Positions 48,151 through 56,444 are shown, counted from the first letter of the stretch. The stretch is DNA of 64,000 nucleotides from Verrucomicrobiia bacterium (GCA_035577805.1 DATLUX010000516.1:4841-68840), one strand, 5' to 3'. The notes: a model not told the origin generated them from the sequence alone. Made by a program: numbers and translations.

Positions 48151-49086
48151 ATGAACCTGCCTTTCATCCCATTGATTAGCCTGCTGATCGCCGGCGCGCT
48201 CCAGGCTTCCGCGGCCGAGCTCGTGGTCGGGTTCTCGCAGATGGGCTCCGAGAGCGCCTGGCGCACTGCCGAAACGGAATCGATTCGGTCTGAAGCCGCC
48301 AAGCGCGGCATTAAACTCCAGTTCTCCGATGCGCAAGACCGGCAAGAGAACCAGATCAAGGCGCTGCGCAGCTTCATCGCGCAACGCGTCGATGCCATCA
48401 TCCTGGCGCCGAAGGTCGAAACAGGCTGGGAACCGGTTCTGCGCGAAGTGAAGCGAGCCAAGATTCCTGTGGTCCTGGTCGATCGCGGGATCAAAGTGCG
48501 CGATGAATCGCTCTACGCGACTCTGATTGCTTCGGATTTCGTGGCGGAAGGTCGTCTGGCGGCAGAATGGCTGGCCGGCAAGATGCAGGGTAAGGGCAAT
48601 ATCGTGGAGCTGCAGGGCACGCCCGGTGCCGCGCCGGCCCTCGACCGCAAACGCGGTTTCCAGGAAGGCCTGGTCAAGTTTCCCGACTTGAAGATCATCA
48701 AATCGCAGAGCGGCGATTTCACTCGTTCCAAAGGCAAGGAGGTCATGGAGGCATTCCTGAAAGCCGAAGGGAAAAATATCCAGGCCGTCTACGCGCATAA
48801 CGACGACATGGCGCTCGGCGCCATCCAGGCGATCGAGGAAGCCGGGATCAAACCCGGCACTGAACTGGTAGTCGTCTCGATCGATGGAGTCAAAGCCGCC
48901 TTTGAGGCGATGCTGGCCGGCAAGTTAAACTGCACGGTCGAGTGTAATCCGTTGCTGGGCCCGGCTGCCTTCGATGCGGTCCTCGCCTTGCAGGCCGGCA
49001 AAACGTTGCCCAAGAAAACGATCGTGCCGGACCGCGTCTTTGAACAGTCCGTGGCCAAGGACGTCATCGGAAGCCGGAAGTATTAG
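48151..49086 (+). CDS. ytfQ: Periplasmic sugar-binding protein, YtfQ (galactofuranose-binding) type
   Basis: Signal peptide. From memory, it matches E. coli YtfQ along its whole length (VGFSQMGSESAWR.AET, QENQIKALRSFIAQ.VDAII.AP, SQSGDFTRSKGKEVMEAFLKAEG, VYAHNDDMALGAIQAIEEAGIKPG). Confidence 0.85.
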   Translation: MNLPFIPLISLLIAGALQASAAELVVGFSQMGSESAWRTAETESIRSEAAKRGIKLQFSDAQDRQENQIKALRSFIAQRVDAIILAPKVETGWEPVLREVKRAKIPVVLVDRGIKVRDESLYATLIASDFVAEGRLAAEWLAGKMQGKGNIVELQGTPGAAPALDRKRGFQEGLVKFPDLKIIKSQSGDFTRSKGKEVMEAFLKAEGKNIQAVYAHNDDMALGAIQAIEEAGIKPGTELVVVSIDGVKAAFEAMLAGKLNCTVECNPLLGPAAFDAVLALQAGKTLPKKTIVPDRVFEQSVAKDVIGSRKY

Positions 49087-49101
49087 CGGTCAGCAGGCGG
49101 C

Positions 49102-50073
49102 GTGAAGACGGATTACCCAGGCACTCCTCAGGAACGTGACCGCTGGATCCTGGACCATCGGCCGGCCCGGAATGCGGTCGACCCCCAACGCGCCTATGCC
49201 ACGCTGGTGGAGGAGGAACGTTCCGAGTCAGGAGAAATCGTGGAGGTGGCCACGATTTTTCTCACGAATCGGGAGTGTCCGTGGCGCTGTTTGATGTGTG
49301 ATCTGTGGAAGAACACCTTGCCGGGCCCGACGCCACCGGGAGCAATCCTTGCCCAACTCGATGCGGCGCTCAGTTGGCTGGCGGCCCGGCGGCCCGCACC
49401 GCGTTTCATCAAGTTGTACAACAGTGGCAGCTTCTTCGATCCGCGCGCCATCCCCCCGGCCGACCATGCGCCCATCGCCGAGCGCTTGCGGGATTTCGAA
49501 CGGGTGATCGTCGAATGTCATCCCAGCCTGATTGGCGACTCGACGCTGCGCTTCCGCGATCGACTGCAGGGCCGCCTCGAAGTGGCCATGGGCCTGGAAA
49601 CAGCGCACCCGGACGTTCTCGCCAAACTCAACAAACGGATGACGCTCGACGATTTCGCCCAGGCGGCTGCGCGATTGCGACAAGAGGCGATTGGCTTGCG
49701 CGCGTTTGTGCTGGTCAAACCACCATTCCTGGATGAGGCCGAAGGCCGCTGGTGGTGCGAACGTTCGATCGACTTCGCAATGAATTGCCATGCCAGCGTC
49801 ATTGTTCTGATCCCCACGCGTGCCGGCAACGGCGCACTCGAGGCCTTGGCGGGATCGGGACATTTCGCTCCACCACGATTAGCCACCCTCGAAGCAGTCC
49901 TTGATTACGGAATCCGTCTGGGCCGCAGCCGTGTGTTTGCCGATCTGTGGGACTTGAATGTTTTCTCCCGCTGCGGGGCTTGTTTTGATCGCCGGCAAAG
50001 TCGGTTACGCCGCTTGAATCTGGCTCAACAAATGGAAACACCGATCCACTGTGACGCTTGCGCCGAGCGCTGA
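49102..50073 (+). CDS. Radical SAM enzyme (TIGR01210 / RaSEA-like small family)
   Basis: CPWRCLMC (CxxxCxxC) at aa 59-66 (nt 49276-49299), preceded by ..IFLTNRE... 323 aa with a TIM-barrel-sized body. GTG start 15 nt after the ytfQ stop. Confidence 0.75.
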   Translation: MKTDYPGTPQERDRWILDHRPARNAVDPQRAYATLVEEERSESGEIVEVATIFLTNRECPWRCLMCDLWKNTLPGPTPPGAILAQLDAALSWLAARRPAPRFIKLYNSGSFFDPRAIPPADHAPIAERLRDFERVIVECHPSLIGDSTLRFRDRLQGRLEVAMGLETAHPDVLAKLNKRMTLDDFAQAAARLRQEAIGLRAFVLVKPPFLDEAEGRWWCERSIDFAMNCHASVIVLIPTRAGNGALEALAGSGHFAPPRLATLEAVLDYGIRLGRSRVFADLWDLNVFSRCGACFDRRQSRLRRLNLAQQMETPIHCDACAER

Positions 50074-50079
50074 GGCCAT

Positions 50080-50312
50080 TCCATTGTCGAATGCTGATTG
50101 CCGAATGCCGATTGTCGAAAGTCGACCCATGAACCTGACCCTCACCCGGCCCCGCAGTCGCGTGGCCACCCTCTCCCACTCGCCTCGGCGAAGCCTCCGG
50201 CGTAGCCAGGGTCGGATGGGAGAGGGGCTGGGGGTGAGGGCTCTTTTTCAGTGTAGGTTCATGGCCCCAATGTTCGTGCACATGATGTGCACGTGAAAGC
50301 TCTCCATGAACC
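50080..50312. repeat. Composite repeat (family C) filling the radical-SAM / flavoprotein intergenic gap
   Basis: Three modules. (i) cattgtcgaatgctgattgccgaatgccgattgtcgaaag. (ii) 50127-50263, bounded by ccatgaacct / aggttcatgg. (iii) 50256-50312, ggttcatggccccaatgttcgtgcacatgatgtgcacgtgaaagctctccatgaacc. Module (ii) contains a 23-mer identical to 9059-9081. Confidence 0.85.
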
Positions 50313-51874
50313 TGGATGTCGATCTGGCGGTGGTGGGGTCGGGTTTCTCGGGGTCGTTGCTGGCGATGATCGCGCGGCGGCTGGGGTGGTCGGTGGCACT
50401 GTTGGAACGGGGCCGGCACCCGCGTTTTGCGATCGGCGAATCCTCGACGCCCCTGGCCAACTTGCTTCTGGAAGAACTCGCCGGCCGTTATGAGCTCCCG
50501 GGGGTGGCGCCTCTCGCCAAGTGGGGGAGTTGGCAGGCTGCGCATCCGTCGGTGGGCTGCGGATTGAAGCGTGGGTTCACCTTCTTTCATCATGAACAAG
50601 GGCAGAGCTGGCAGAGTGATTGGGCTCACCGGAATCAGTTGCTGGTCGCAGCCAGTCCCCACGATGCCATCGCCGACACACATTGGTATCGACCGGATTT
50701 TGATCAATTGCTGGTCGGCCAGGCGGAAGAGCTCGGGGTAAAATTCATCGATGAACTGGACCTCAAGCAGGCTGGATTCACTAGAGACCGAGCTGAACTG
50801 AGCGGCTGGCGTCGCGGCACTGGCGTCAAGCTGACCGCGCGCCTGGTGGTGGACGCGACTGGTCCGCGTGGATTTCTTCATCGAACTCTTGGACTGCCCG
50901 AGGCGGAATTCCCGGCGTTGCCACGAACTCAAGCGCTCTACACTCACTTTCGTGGAGTCCGGCGGTGGGACAGCCTGCAGCAGGCGGAGGCGGCGCCACC
51001 TTATCCGGTGGATGACGCGGCCGTACACCATGTTTTCAAGGGCGGCTGGATTTGGGTGTTGCGATTCAACAATGGGCTTACCAGCGCCGGCCTTGCCGCC
51101 ACGGCCGCATTGGCGGAGGAACTGCAGTTGGGCGAAGGCCAGCCCGCCTGGCGCCGCTTGTTGGAACGGTTGCCGTCGGTGGCCGGACAATTTGCGGACG
51201 CGGTGCCCACCCAACCCTTCGTGCACACGAGCCGGCTCCCGTTTCGGAGCGGGCTGGTCGCGGCTGACCGATGGCTGTTGCTGCCTTCGGCGGCGGGTTT
51301 CGTTGATCCGCTGTTGTCGACGGGATTCCCGCTCACGCTGCTTGGGATCGAAAGGGTAAGTCGCTTAATGTCCGTGAGCATGCCGGATGAGCCTGGCTGG
51401 AAAGAGGGCCTGCAAGATTACGCCCAGCAAACTTTGGCAGAACTGGACATCACGGCGGAGTTGGTGGCGGCGCTCTACGACAGTCTGGACGACTTTGAAG
51501 TGTTCGCTGCGTTGACCTTTCTTTATTTCGGGGCGGCCATGTATAGCGAAACGGTTCGGCGCCTGGGCCAACCCGAACGCATGCGAGGTTTTCTGTTGCA
51601 TGAACACCCGAAGTTCGGCGTCTCGTTGCGGCAATGTGTGAGGCGTGTGTATGGCGGGCCTGCCCTGACCGGTCAGGAACGGACAGCATGGGCGGCCGAA
51701 CTGCGGGCAGCGCTTGAGCCGTTCAATTTGGCCGGGCTGGGGGAGCCGGAGCGCCGAAATTGGTATCCAGCGCGAGCAGCCGATCTGTTGGCGGCCGGGG
51801 CCAAGCTCGGCGCGGATCGGCCGGCGCTCGCGGCGCTCCTGACCCAGTGCGGTTGGCCGTCTGTAGGTGTTTAG
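50306..51874 (+). CDS. FAD-dependent oxidoreductase, flavin-halogenase/monooxygenase fold
   Basis: N-terminal DLAVVGSGFSGSLLA (GxGxxG), ..LLERGRHPRFAIGESSTP.., and GGWIWVLRF (a WxWxIP-like motif that is degenerate). 522 aa. Confidence 0.75.
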   Translation: MNLDVDLAVVGSGFSGSLLAMIARRLGWSVALLERGRHPRFAIGESSTPLANLLLEELAGRYELPGVAPLAKWGSWQAAHPSVGCGLKRGFTFFHHEQGQSWQSDWAHRNQLLVAASPHDAIADTHWYRPDFDQLLVGQAEELGVKFIDELDLKQAGFTRDRAELSGWRRGTGVKLTARLVVDATGPRGFLHRTLGLPEAEFPALPRTQALYTHFRGVRRWDSLQQAEAAPPYPVDDAAVHHVFKGGWIWVLRFNNGLTSAGLAATAALAEELQLGEGQPAWRRLLERLPSVAGQFADAVPTQPFVHTSRLPFRSGLVAADRWLLLPSAAGFVDPLLSTGFPLTLLGIERVSRLMSVSMPDEPGWKEGLQDYAQQTLAELDITAELVAALYDSLDDFEVFAALTFLYFGAAMYSETVRRLGQPERMRGFLLHEHPKFGVSLRQCVRRVYGGPALTGQERTAWAAELRAALEPFNLAGLGEPERRNWYPARAADLLAAGAKLGADRPALAALLTQCGWPSVGV

Positions 51875-51917
51875 CACGACAAATGCTGCGCGCATACTGA
51901 GGGAGAAGATAGAAAGG

Positions 51918-52177
51918 CTGTAGCGGCGGTCTATGACCGCCGCCCCTGCACATGGAGAGCTTCCAGCTGCACATGACGTGCACGCGCATTGGGGCCATGA
52001 ACCCAACCCAATCTCACGTAGCAGCCGAGGTAACGAGGTACACCCTGAGCCTGTCGAAGGGCTCTGATCTCTTTCCCGACGAACGCGGCGGATAGAGTGA
52101 GCCTCCTTACGTCGGCTGCTACGCGACAGGAAAGGTTCGTGGGGAGAACGAACGGCGGTCACAGACCGCCGCTGCAG
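51918..52177. repeat. Nested repeat mosaic: hairpin F1, family C copy, family A copy 4, hairpin F2
   Basis: F1 (ctgtagcggcggtctatgaccgccgc, 51918-51943) and F2 (cggcggtcacagaccgccgctgcag, 52153-52177) are inverted copies of each other. Between them lie a family C module (51951-52003, reverse complement of 50256-50308) and family A copy 4 (52018-52122). Copy 4 equals the reverse complement of copy 3 with a ~26-nt internal deletion. Confidence 0.85.
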
Positions 52178-52300
52178 TAGGCGGTGTATCTGGGAAGCGC
52201 GCGGTCACCTCGCTAACTAAAGAGGTACGGCCGTCCCGGCCCGCGGCTGGGCTCATTTCGGATCCTTGCCGCTGCGCTGGAGCTTGGGTAGGCTGCGGTC

Positions 52301-53788
52301 ATGAGACGCTCTCGGTGTTGTCTCCTTTTAGCCGGTTCCATGGCGTTGCTGGCCGATCCGCTGCTGACCGATCTGGCGCCGGCAGCGACCCAGGATACCA
52401 ACACGCCCCCGGCCTCCCCGCCCCGGTCGCGCAAGGTTTATGTCCTGCCCATCCGCGAAGACATCAAACCGCCGTTGCTTTACCTGGTGCGGCGCGGAGT
52501 CAAAGAAGCCATCGAAAACAATGCCGATTTGCTGGTGCTCGACATGCAAACTAATGGCGGACGGCTCGATACAACGCGGGAGGTCATCAGTATCCTGAAC
52601 CAGTTTACCGGGGACACCCTGACCTACGTGAACAAGAATGCGTTCTCTGCCGGAGCGTTCATTGCGGTCTCGACGAAGCGCGTTTATATGGCGCCCGAAA
52701 GTGTGATCGGAGCGGCGGCGCCCATTCTGCTGTCTCCCACCGGTGCGGGCGTCCAGCAGATGCCGGACACCTACGAAAGAAAGACAGTTTCAGCTGTCAA
52801 AGCCCTCGTGCGCACCAGCGCGGAGAAGAATGGTTACAACGTCGCCGTGGTGGAAGCGATGGTGGACAGGACCCGCACTTTAATCGTCACGAACGTGACC
52901 GATGGCGCCACCAACGCGGTGGTGCTGAATGAAGAAGGCAACATCCTTACGCTCACCAACACGGAGGCGGAAAAGGAATACGGGACGCCGCCCAGGAAGC
53001 TGCTGTCGTCGGGCACGGTCCGAAGCCTGGATGAACTGCTCAGGATGGTCGGCTATGGGGGCGCCCAACGGATCGACATTAAACCTACCGGGATGGAACG
53101 GCTTGGGACCTGGCTGAACTCGATCAGTTTCTTGCTGCTGATCGTCGGGGTGGTGGGCATTTACATCGAATTCAAGACACCGGGCTTCGGGCTGCCCGGC
53201 ATTATCGGTCTGACTGCGTTCGCTCTGTATTTTCTGGGCGGCTATGTGTCGGGGCTTTCGGGTTTGGAATGGATCGTTGTCTTCATCGTCGGCCTGGCGC
53301 TGGTGGTGGTGGAAATGTTTGTTTACCCGGGAACGGTCCTCATCGGCCTGGCGGGCGCGTGCCTGATGCTGATTGCCGTGATCATGGCCCTGGTCGATGT
53401 CTATCCGACCCCCGGACCGCAAACGCTGCCGCGGATTCCGTCTTTGGACAAGTTCGAGTTGCCGTTGCGACATTTGGTGATCGCGACGGTGGGCGGGGCT
53501 TTTGGGATTTGGCTGGCGAGCCGGCTACTTCCCAAGACATCCATTTATCAAAAGATGATCTCAACTTCCGCCAGCGGGATGAAGACCGAGGCGGCGTTGG
53601 AAGAGAAGCGGCGGGCGCGTCTGGGGCAGATCGGCACCACGATTTCGGCGCTGCGTCCGGGGGGCAAAGCCAAGTTCGGGGATGAAATCCTGGACGTGAT
53701 CTCGCCTGGGGAAATGATCCCCAAAGGCACGCAGGTAAAGATCATTGGTTACAGCGCCGCGGAGGCGGTGGTCGAAGTGGCAGCGTGA
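52301..53788 (+). CDS. NfeD-family membrane-bound ClpP-class serine protease
   Basis: Signal peptide. ClpP-like domain (..YVLPIREDIKPPLLYLVRRGVKEAIENNADLLVLDMQTNGGRLD..). A central block of 4-5 TM helices. C-terminal NfeD OB-fold (..GQIGTTISALRPGGKAKFGDEILDVISPGEMIPKGTQVKIIG..). Confidence 0.8.
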   Translation: MRRSRCCLLLAGSMALLADPLLTDLAPAATQDTNTPPASPPRSRKVYVLPIREDIKPPLLYLVRRGVKEAIENNADLLVLDMQTNGGRLDTTREVISILNQFTGDTLTYVNKNAFSAGAFIAVSTKRVYMAPESVIGAAAPILLSPTGAGVQQMPDTYERKTVSAVKALVRTSAEKNGYNVAVVEAMVDRTRTLIVTNVTDGATNAVVLNEEGNILTLTNTEAEKEYGTPPRKLLSSGTVRSLDELLRMVGYGGAQRIDIKPTGMERLGTWLNSISFLLLIVGVVGIYIEFKTPGFGLPGIIGLTAFALYFLGGYVSGLSGLEWIVVFIVGLALVVVEMFVYPGTVLIGLAGACLMLIAVIMALVDVYPTPGPQTLPRIPSLDKFELPLRHLVIATVGGAFGIWLASRLLPKTSIYQKMISTSASGMKTEAALEEKRRARLGQIGTTISALRPGGKAKFGDEILDVISPGEMIPKGTQVKIIGYSAAEAVVEVAA

Positions 53789-54354
53789 TTGGACGCGCGC
53801 GGTGATCGACGCAATGGCTTCGTTCAAACTGATCCACTCTCTGGCTGGATTCGTTCAAGTTGGTCAACAAGAGACAGGGTGCGTTGACGGAATTCTTGCC
53901 GCAAATGCGTCGAAGTCCTTGTGTAGGTTGGAAGTGAAGTGAGTCACGCGCCGGTTGGCATTGAGGTTGCGTAATGCGTTGCGCATTCAGGCTGCTGCCT
54001 GCTGCGATCGGGGTTGGGACTGCTGCCTGGGCGTGGGTGGGGTCCCAACCTCCCGCGGCGGAAGACGGCCGCCGCGTCTCGAAGCTTCGGGAGTTCGTTG
54101 CGAGAAAGTTCTTGCCAAGCGTCCCAGGCTTACCCGAAATCACGGGCATCACTTGTTCGCACAGGTTTTCGGCTGGATGTCGTTTCTGCGACCGGCTGGG
54201 TCTGAGGCGAGGCACTTTTGGTGGCGGGCAGCATTCCGCCCATCCCTCAGGGTGCCGTAGTCGCGGCCTTGTGCCGGTAGTGAGGCTGGAGCGCGCCGCG
54301 GGTGGGCGTTCGCAGCTCAGAACCTAAAAAACAAAAAAACGGAAGGAACAGAGA

Positions 54355-55566
54355 ATGAAAGTAAGCAAATGGACGCTGGGACTGGCTGGCCTCGGCTTGG
54401 TCAGCCTCCCGGCGGCAGGTCTCGCAGAGGAGAAGATGAACCAGATGTGGACAGCGCTCTCCTCGACGACGATCAGTGGGTACGTCAACACCTCAATTCA
54501 CTGGAACACGGGCACCGGCAACGGCCACGTGCCCGCCGTGTCCTACAACACCTCGAGCAAACAGGACGGGTTCAATCTCAACGCCGTCAAGTTGGCGATT
54601 GAGAAGCCCCTGGATGAAGCGCAATGGGCCGCAGGATACAAGGCTGAACTGATCTTCGGTGATGACGCGAGGGATTATCTCACCACCCTCGATAGCGGTG
54701 GTGATTCCAGCCCAGCCGCCATCAAGCAAGCCTATGTTGCCCTGCGGGCGCCGATTGGCAATGGCCTGGACTTCAAGTTGGGCGTGTTCGATACGATCAT
54801 CGGTTACGAAGTATTCGATGGCGGGAGCAACCCCAACTATACTCGTTCCTACGGTTTCACCATCGAACCTACGACCCACACTGGTTTGCTGGCGACCTAC
54901 CAGCTTTGTAAAGCGGCTAGCGTCTCGGCCGGCATCGCCAATACGATGGGTCCCGTCATCAACCAAAAAGCGGATGAAGGCGGCCTGAAGGCGGAGTCCT
55001 TCAAAACCTACATGGCGTCCCTCGCCTTGACGGCTCCGGAAGACTGGGGCTCGCTCTCGGGCTCCACCGCTTACTTTGGTGTTGTGACCGGGCTTAACCC
55101 CTCCACGCCCGCAGACCAGACCAGCTGGTATGTCGGCACCACGGTGAACACGCCGGTCAAAAACTTAAAGGTCGGCGCTTCCTATGATTACCTCGGAATG
55201 ACCCAGGAATTCGGCGCCGATGAAGGTTATGCCAATGCCCTGGCTCTCTACACCTCGTTCCAGGCCACCGAAAAAATGAGCCTCCATCTCCGCGGCGAAT
55301 ACGCCTGGACGGACACCACCCTCCTTGGCGACGGTCCGGCGGCCCAGGTCGGTGGCAATAGCGAGGTGTTCGCGCTCACCGGAACCATCCAATATGACCT
55401 CTGGAAAAACGTCCTGAGTCGCTTGGAAATCCGCTGGGATCACCTCTCGGGTGATGGCGGGCAGACCGGCTACGGCGGCACGCCGGCCGGTGGCGGTGGT
55501 GGCGGAACGACCGGCAGCAAGCGCAATAACGTGCTGATCGCGGCCAACGTCATCTACAAGTTCTAA
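54355..55566 (+). CDS. Outer-membrane beta-barrel porin-like protein
   Basis: Signal peptide MKVSKWTLGLAGLGLVSLPAAGLA, alternating amphipathic beta-strand pattern, Gly-rich loop, C-terminal ..NVIYKF (terminal Phe). A GGAAGGA Shine-Dalgarno-like element lies upstream. Confidence 0.7.
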   Translation: MKVSKWTLGLAGLGLVSLPAAGLAEEKMNQMWTALSSTTISGYVNTSIHWNTGTGNGHVPAVSYNTSSKQDGFNLNAVKLAIEKPLDEAQWAAGYKAELIFGDDARDYLTTLDSGGDSSPAAIKQAYVALRAPIGNGLDFKLGVFDTIIGYEVFDGGSNPNYTRSYGFTIEPTTHTGLLATYQLCKAASVSAGIANTMGPVINQKADEGGLKAESFKTYMASLALTAPEDWGSLSGSTAYFGVVTGLNPSTPADQTSWYVGTTVNTPVKNLKVGASYDYLGMTQEFGADEGYANALALYTSFQATEKMSLHLRGEYAWTDTTLLGDGPAAQVGGNSEVFALTGTIQYDLWKNVLSRLEIRWDHLSGDGGQTGYGGTPAGGGGGGTTGSKRNNVLIAANVIYKF

Positions 55567-55589
55567 GCACCGTTTTCCGCAGACTTCAC

Positions 55590-55626
55590 CCCCCCTCTCG
55601 AGAAATCGAGAGGGGGGCCTTTTTTT
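55590..55626 (+). terminator. Rho-independent terminator downstream of the porin gene
   Basis: Perfect 12-bp GC-rich stem CCCCCCTCTCGA / TCGAGAGGGGGG with a GAAA tetraloop (55590-55617), followed by CC and a run of 7 T (55620-55626). It lies 24 nt after the TAA stop. Confidence 0.9.
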
Positions 55627-55724
55627 GAGGAGCTCGCCTCATTTCCACCGATCGTCTGCGGTAGGCCTCACCCCTTGGATTATTCCCTTTATTCCCGAAG
55701 TCTCCTGCGCTACAAGTCCATCCC

Positions 55725-56444
55725 ATGTCCACGCAAGGGACAAATGGTGTCTGTTATAAGATTTGGGGCGTTGACGGCGTCGTCTATGGACCCGTCGAGC
55801 TGCCCGTGTTGGTCGGATGGGTGAAGGAAGAGCGGGTGACGTCGACGACCTGGGTGTATTCCGAGCGGGACGACGCCTGGCACAAGGCCGCGGACATCCC
55901 GGAGTTGTTGATGTTCTTTCGTCCCAAGGAGTCCAGTGAACCCTCCACTCAAGTCGTGCGCGACCCCAGTGTTTCAGCGTTGAAACCCGGTTCGTTGCGG
56001 CGGGTCAAGATCTTCGCGGATCTAACGGATGAACAATTGGAACGGTTCGTCACCTTCATGGAAATCGAACGCGCCAGACAATGGAGCGAGATCGTCAAGC
56101 AAGGTCAACCGGGTGACGCCATGTACCTCGTCCTGGAGGGCGAACTGCGCGTGCGCATGATGATCGGTGGCAAGGAAAGTATCCTGGTCACGCTCGGTCC
56201 CGGTGAGTTCTTCGGGGAGATCTCTCTCTTCGATCACGGTCCGCGCTCGGCCGATGTGGTGGCCAACACCGACAGCGTGTTGTTGAAGATCTCCGCGAAA
56301 AAGTTCGAGCACTTGCTTGGCCAGGCTCCAGACCTGGCGGCACCCTTCCTTTTCGCCATGGGCAAGACCCTGACGGCTCGCATCCGCGCGGATAACAAAC
56401 GTTATCGCGATTCCATAAGCTTCGCCCGAGCCGCCGGGAAATGA
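55725..56444 (+). CDS. GYF_2 (DUF4339)-domain + cyclic-nucleotide-binding-domain protein
   Basis: N-terminal YKIWGVDGVVYGPVELPVLVGWVKEERVTSTTWVYSERDDAWHKAADIPEL (GYF_2-like). C-terminal cNMP-binding fold (..GEFFGEISLFDHGPRSADVVA..). Confidence 0.75.
   Translation: MSTQGTNGVCYKIWGVDGVVYGPVELPVLVGWVKEERVTSTTWVYSERDDAWHKAADIPELLMFFRPKESSEPSTQVVRDPSVSALKPGSLRRVKIFADLTDEQLERFVTFMEIERARQWSEIVKQGQPGDAMYLVLEGELRVRMMIGGKESILVTLGPGEFFGEISLFDHGPRSADVVANTDSVLLKISAKKFEHLLGQAPDLAAPFLFAMGKTLTARIRADNKRYRDSISFARAAGK

Noticed and set aside
48150-48159. The ytfQ start codon embedded in the family C terminus CATGAACCTG, as seen for the flavoprotein gene.
   Set aside because: The 10-mer is identical. However, the recognisable family C fragment ends about 50 nt upstream (near 48100) with its own degenerate terminus (ccgtgaagcc). 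The match at the ytfQ ATG may therefore be coincidence.
53789-54354. A decayed SPFH/stomatin pseudogene downstream of nfeD.
   Set aside because: None of the frames I read (the ORF-track translations over this gap plus a partial plus-strand translation) shows stomatin-like segments, such as the ..PQQE..V.ERFGK.. or ..IT.DN.. patterns. The region looks genuinely non-coding.
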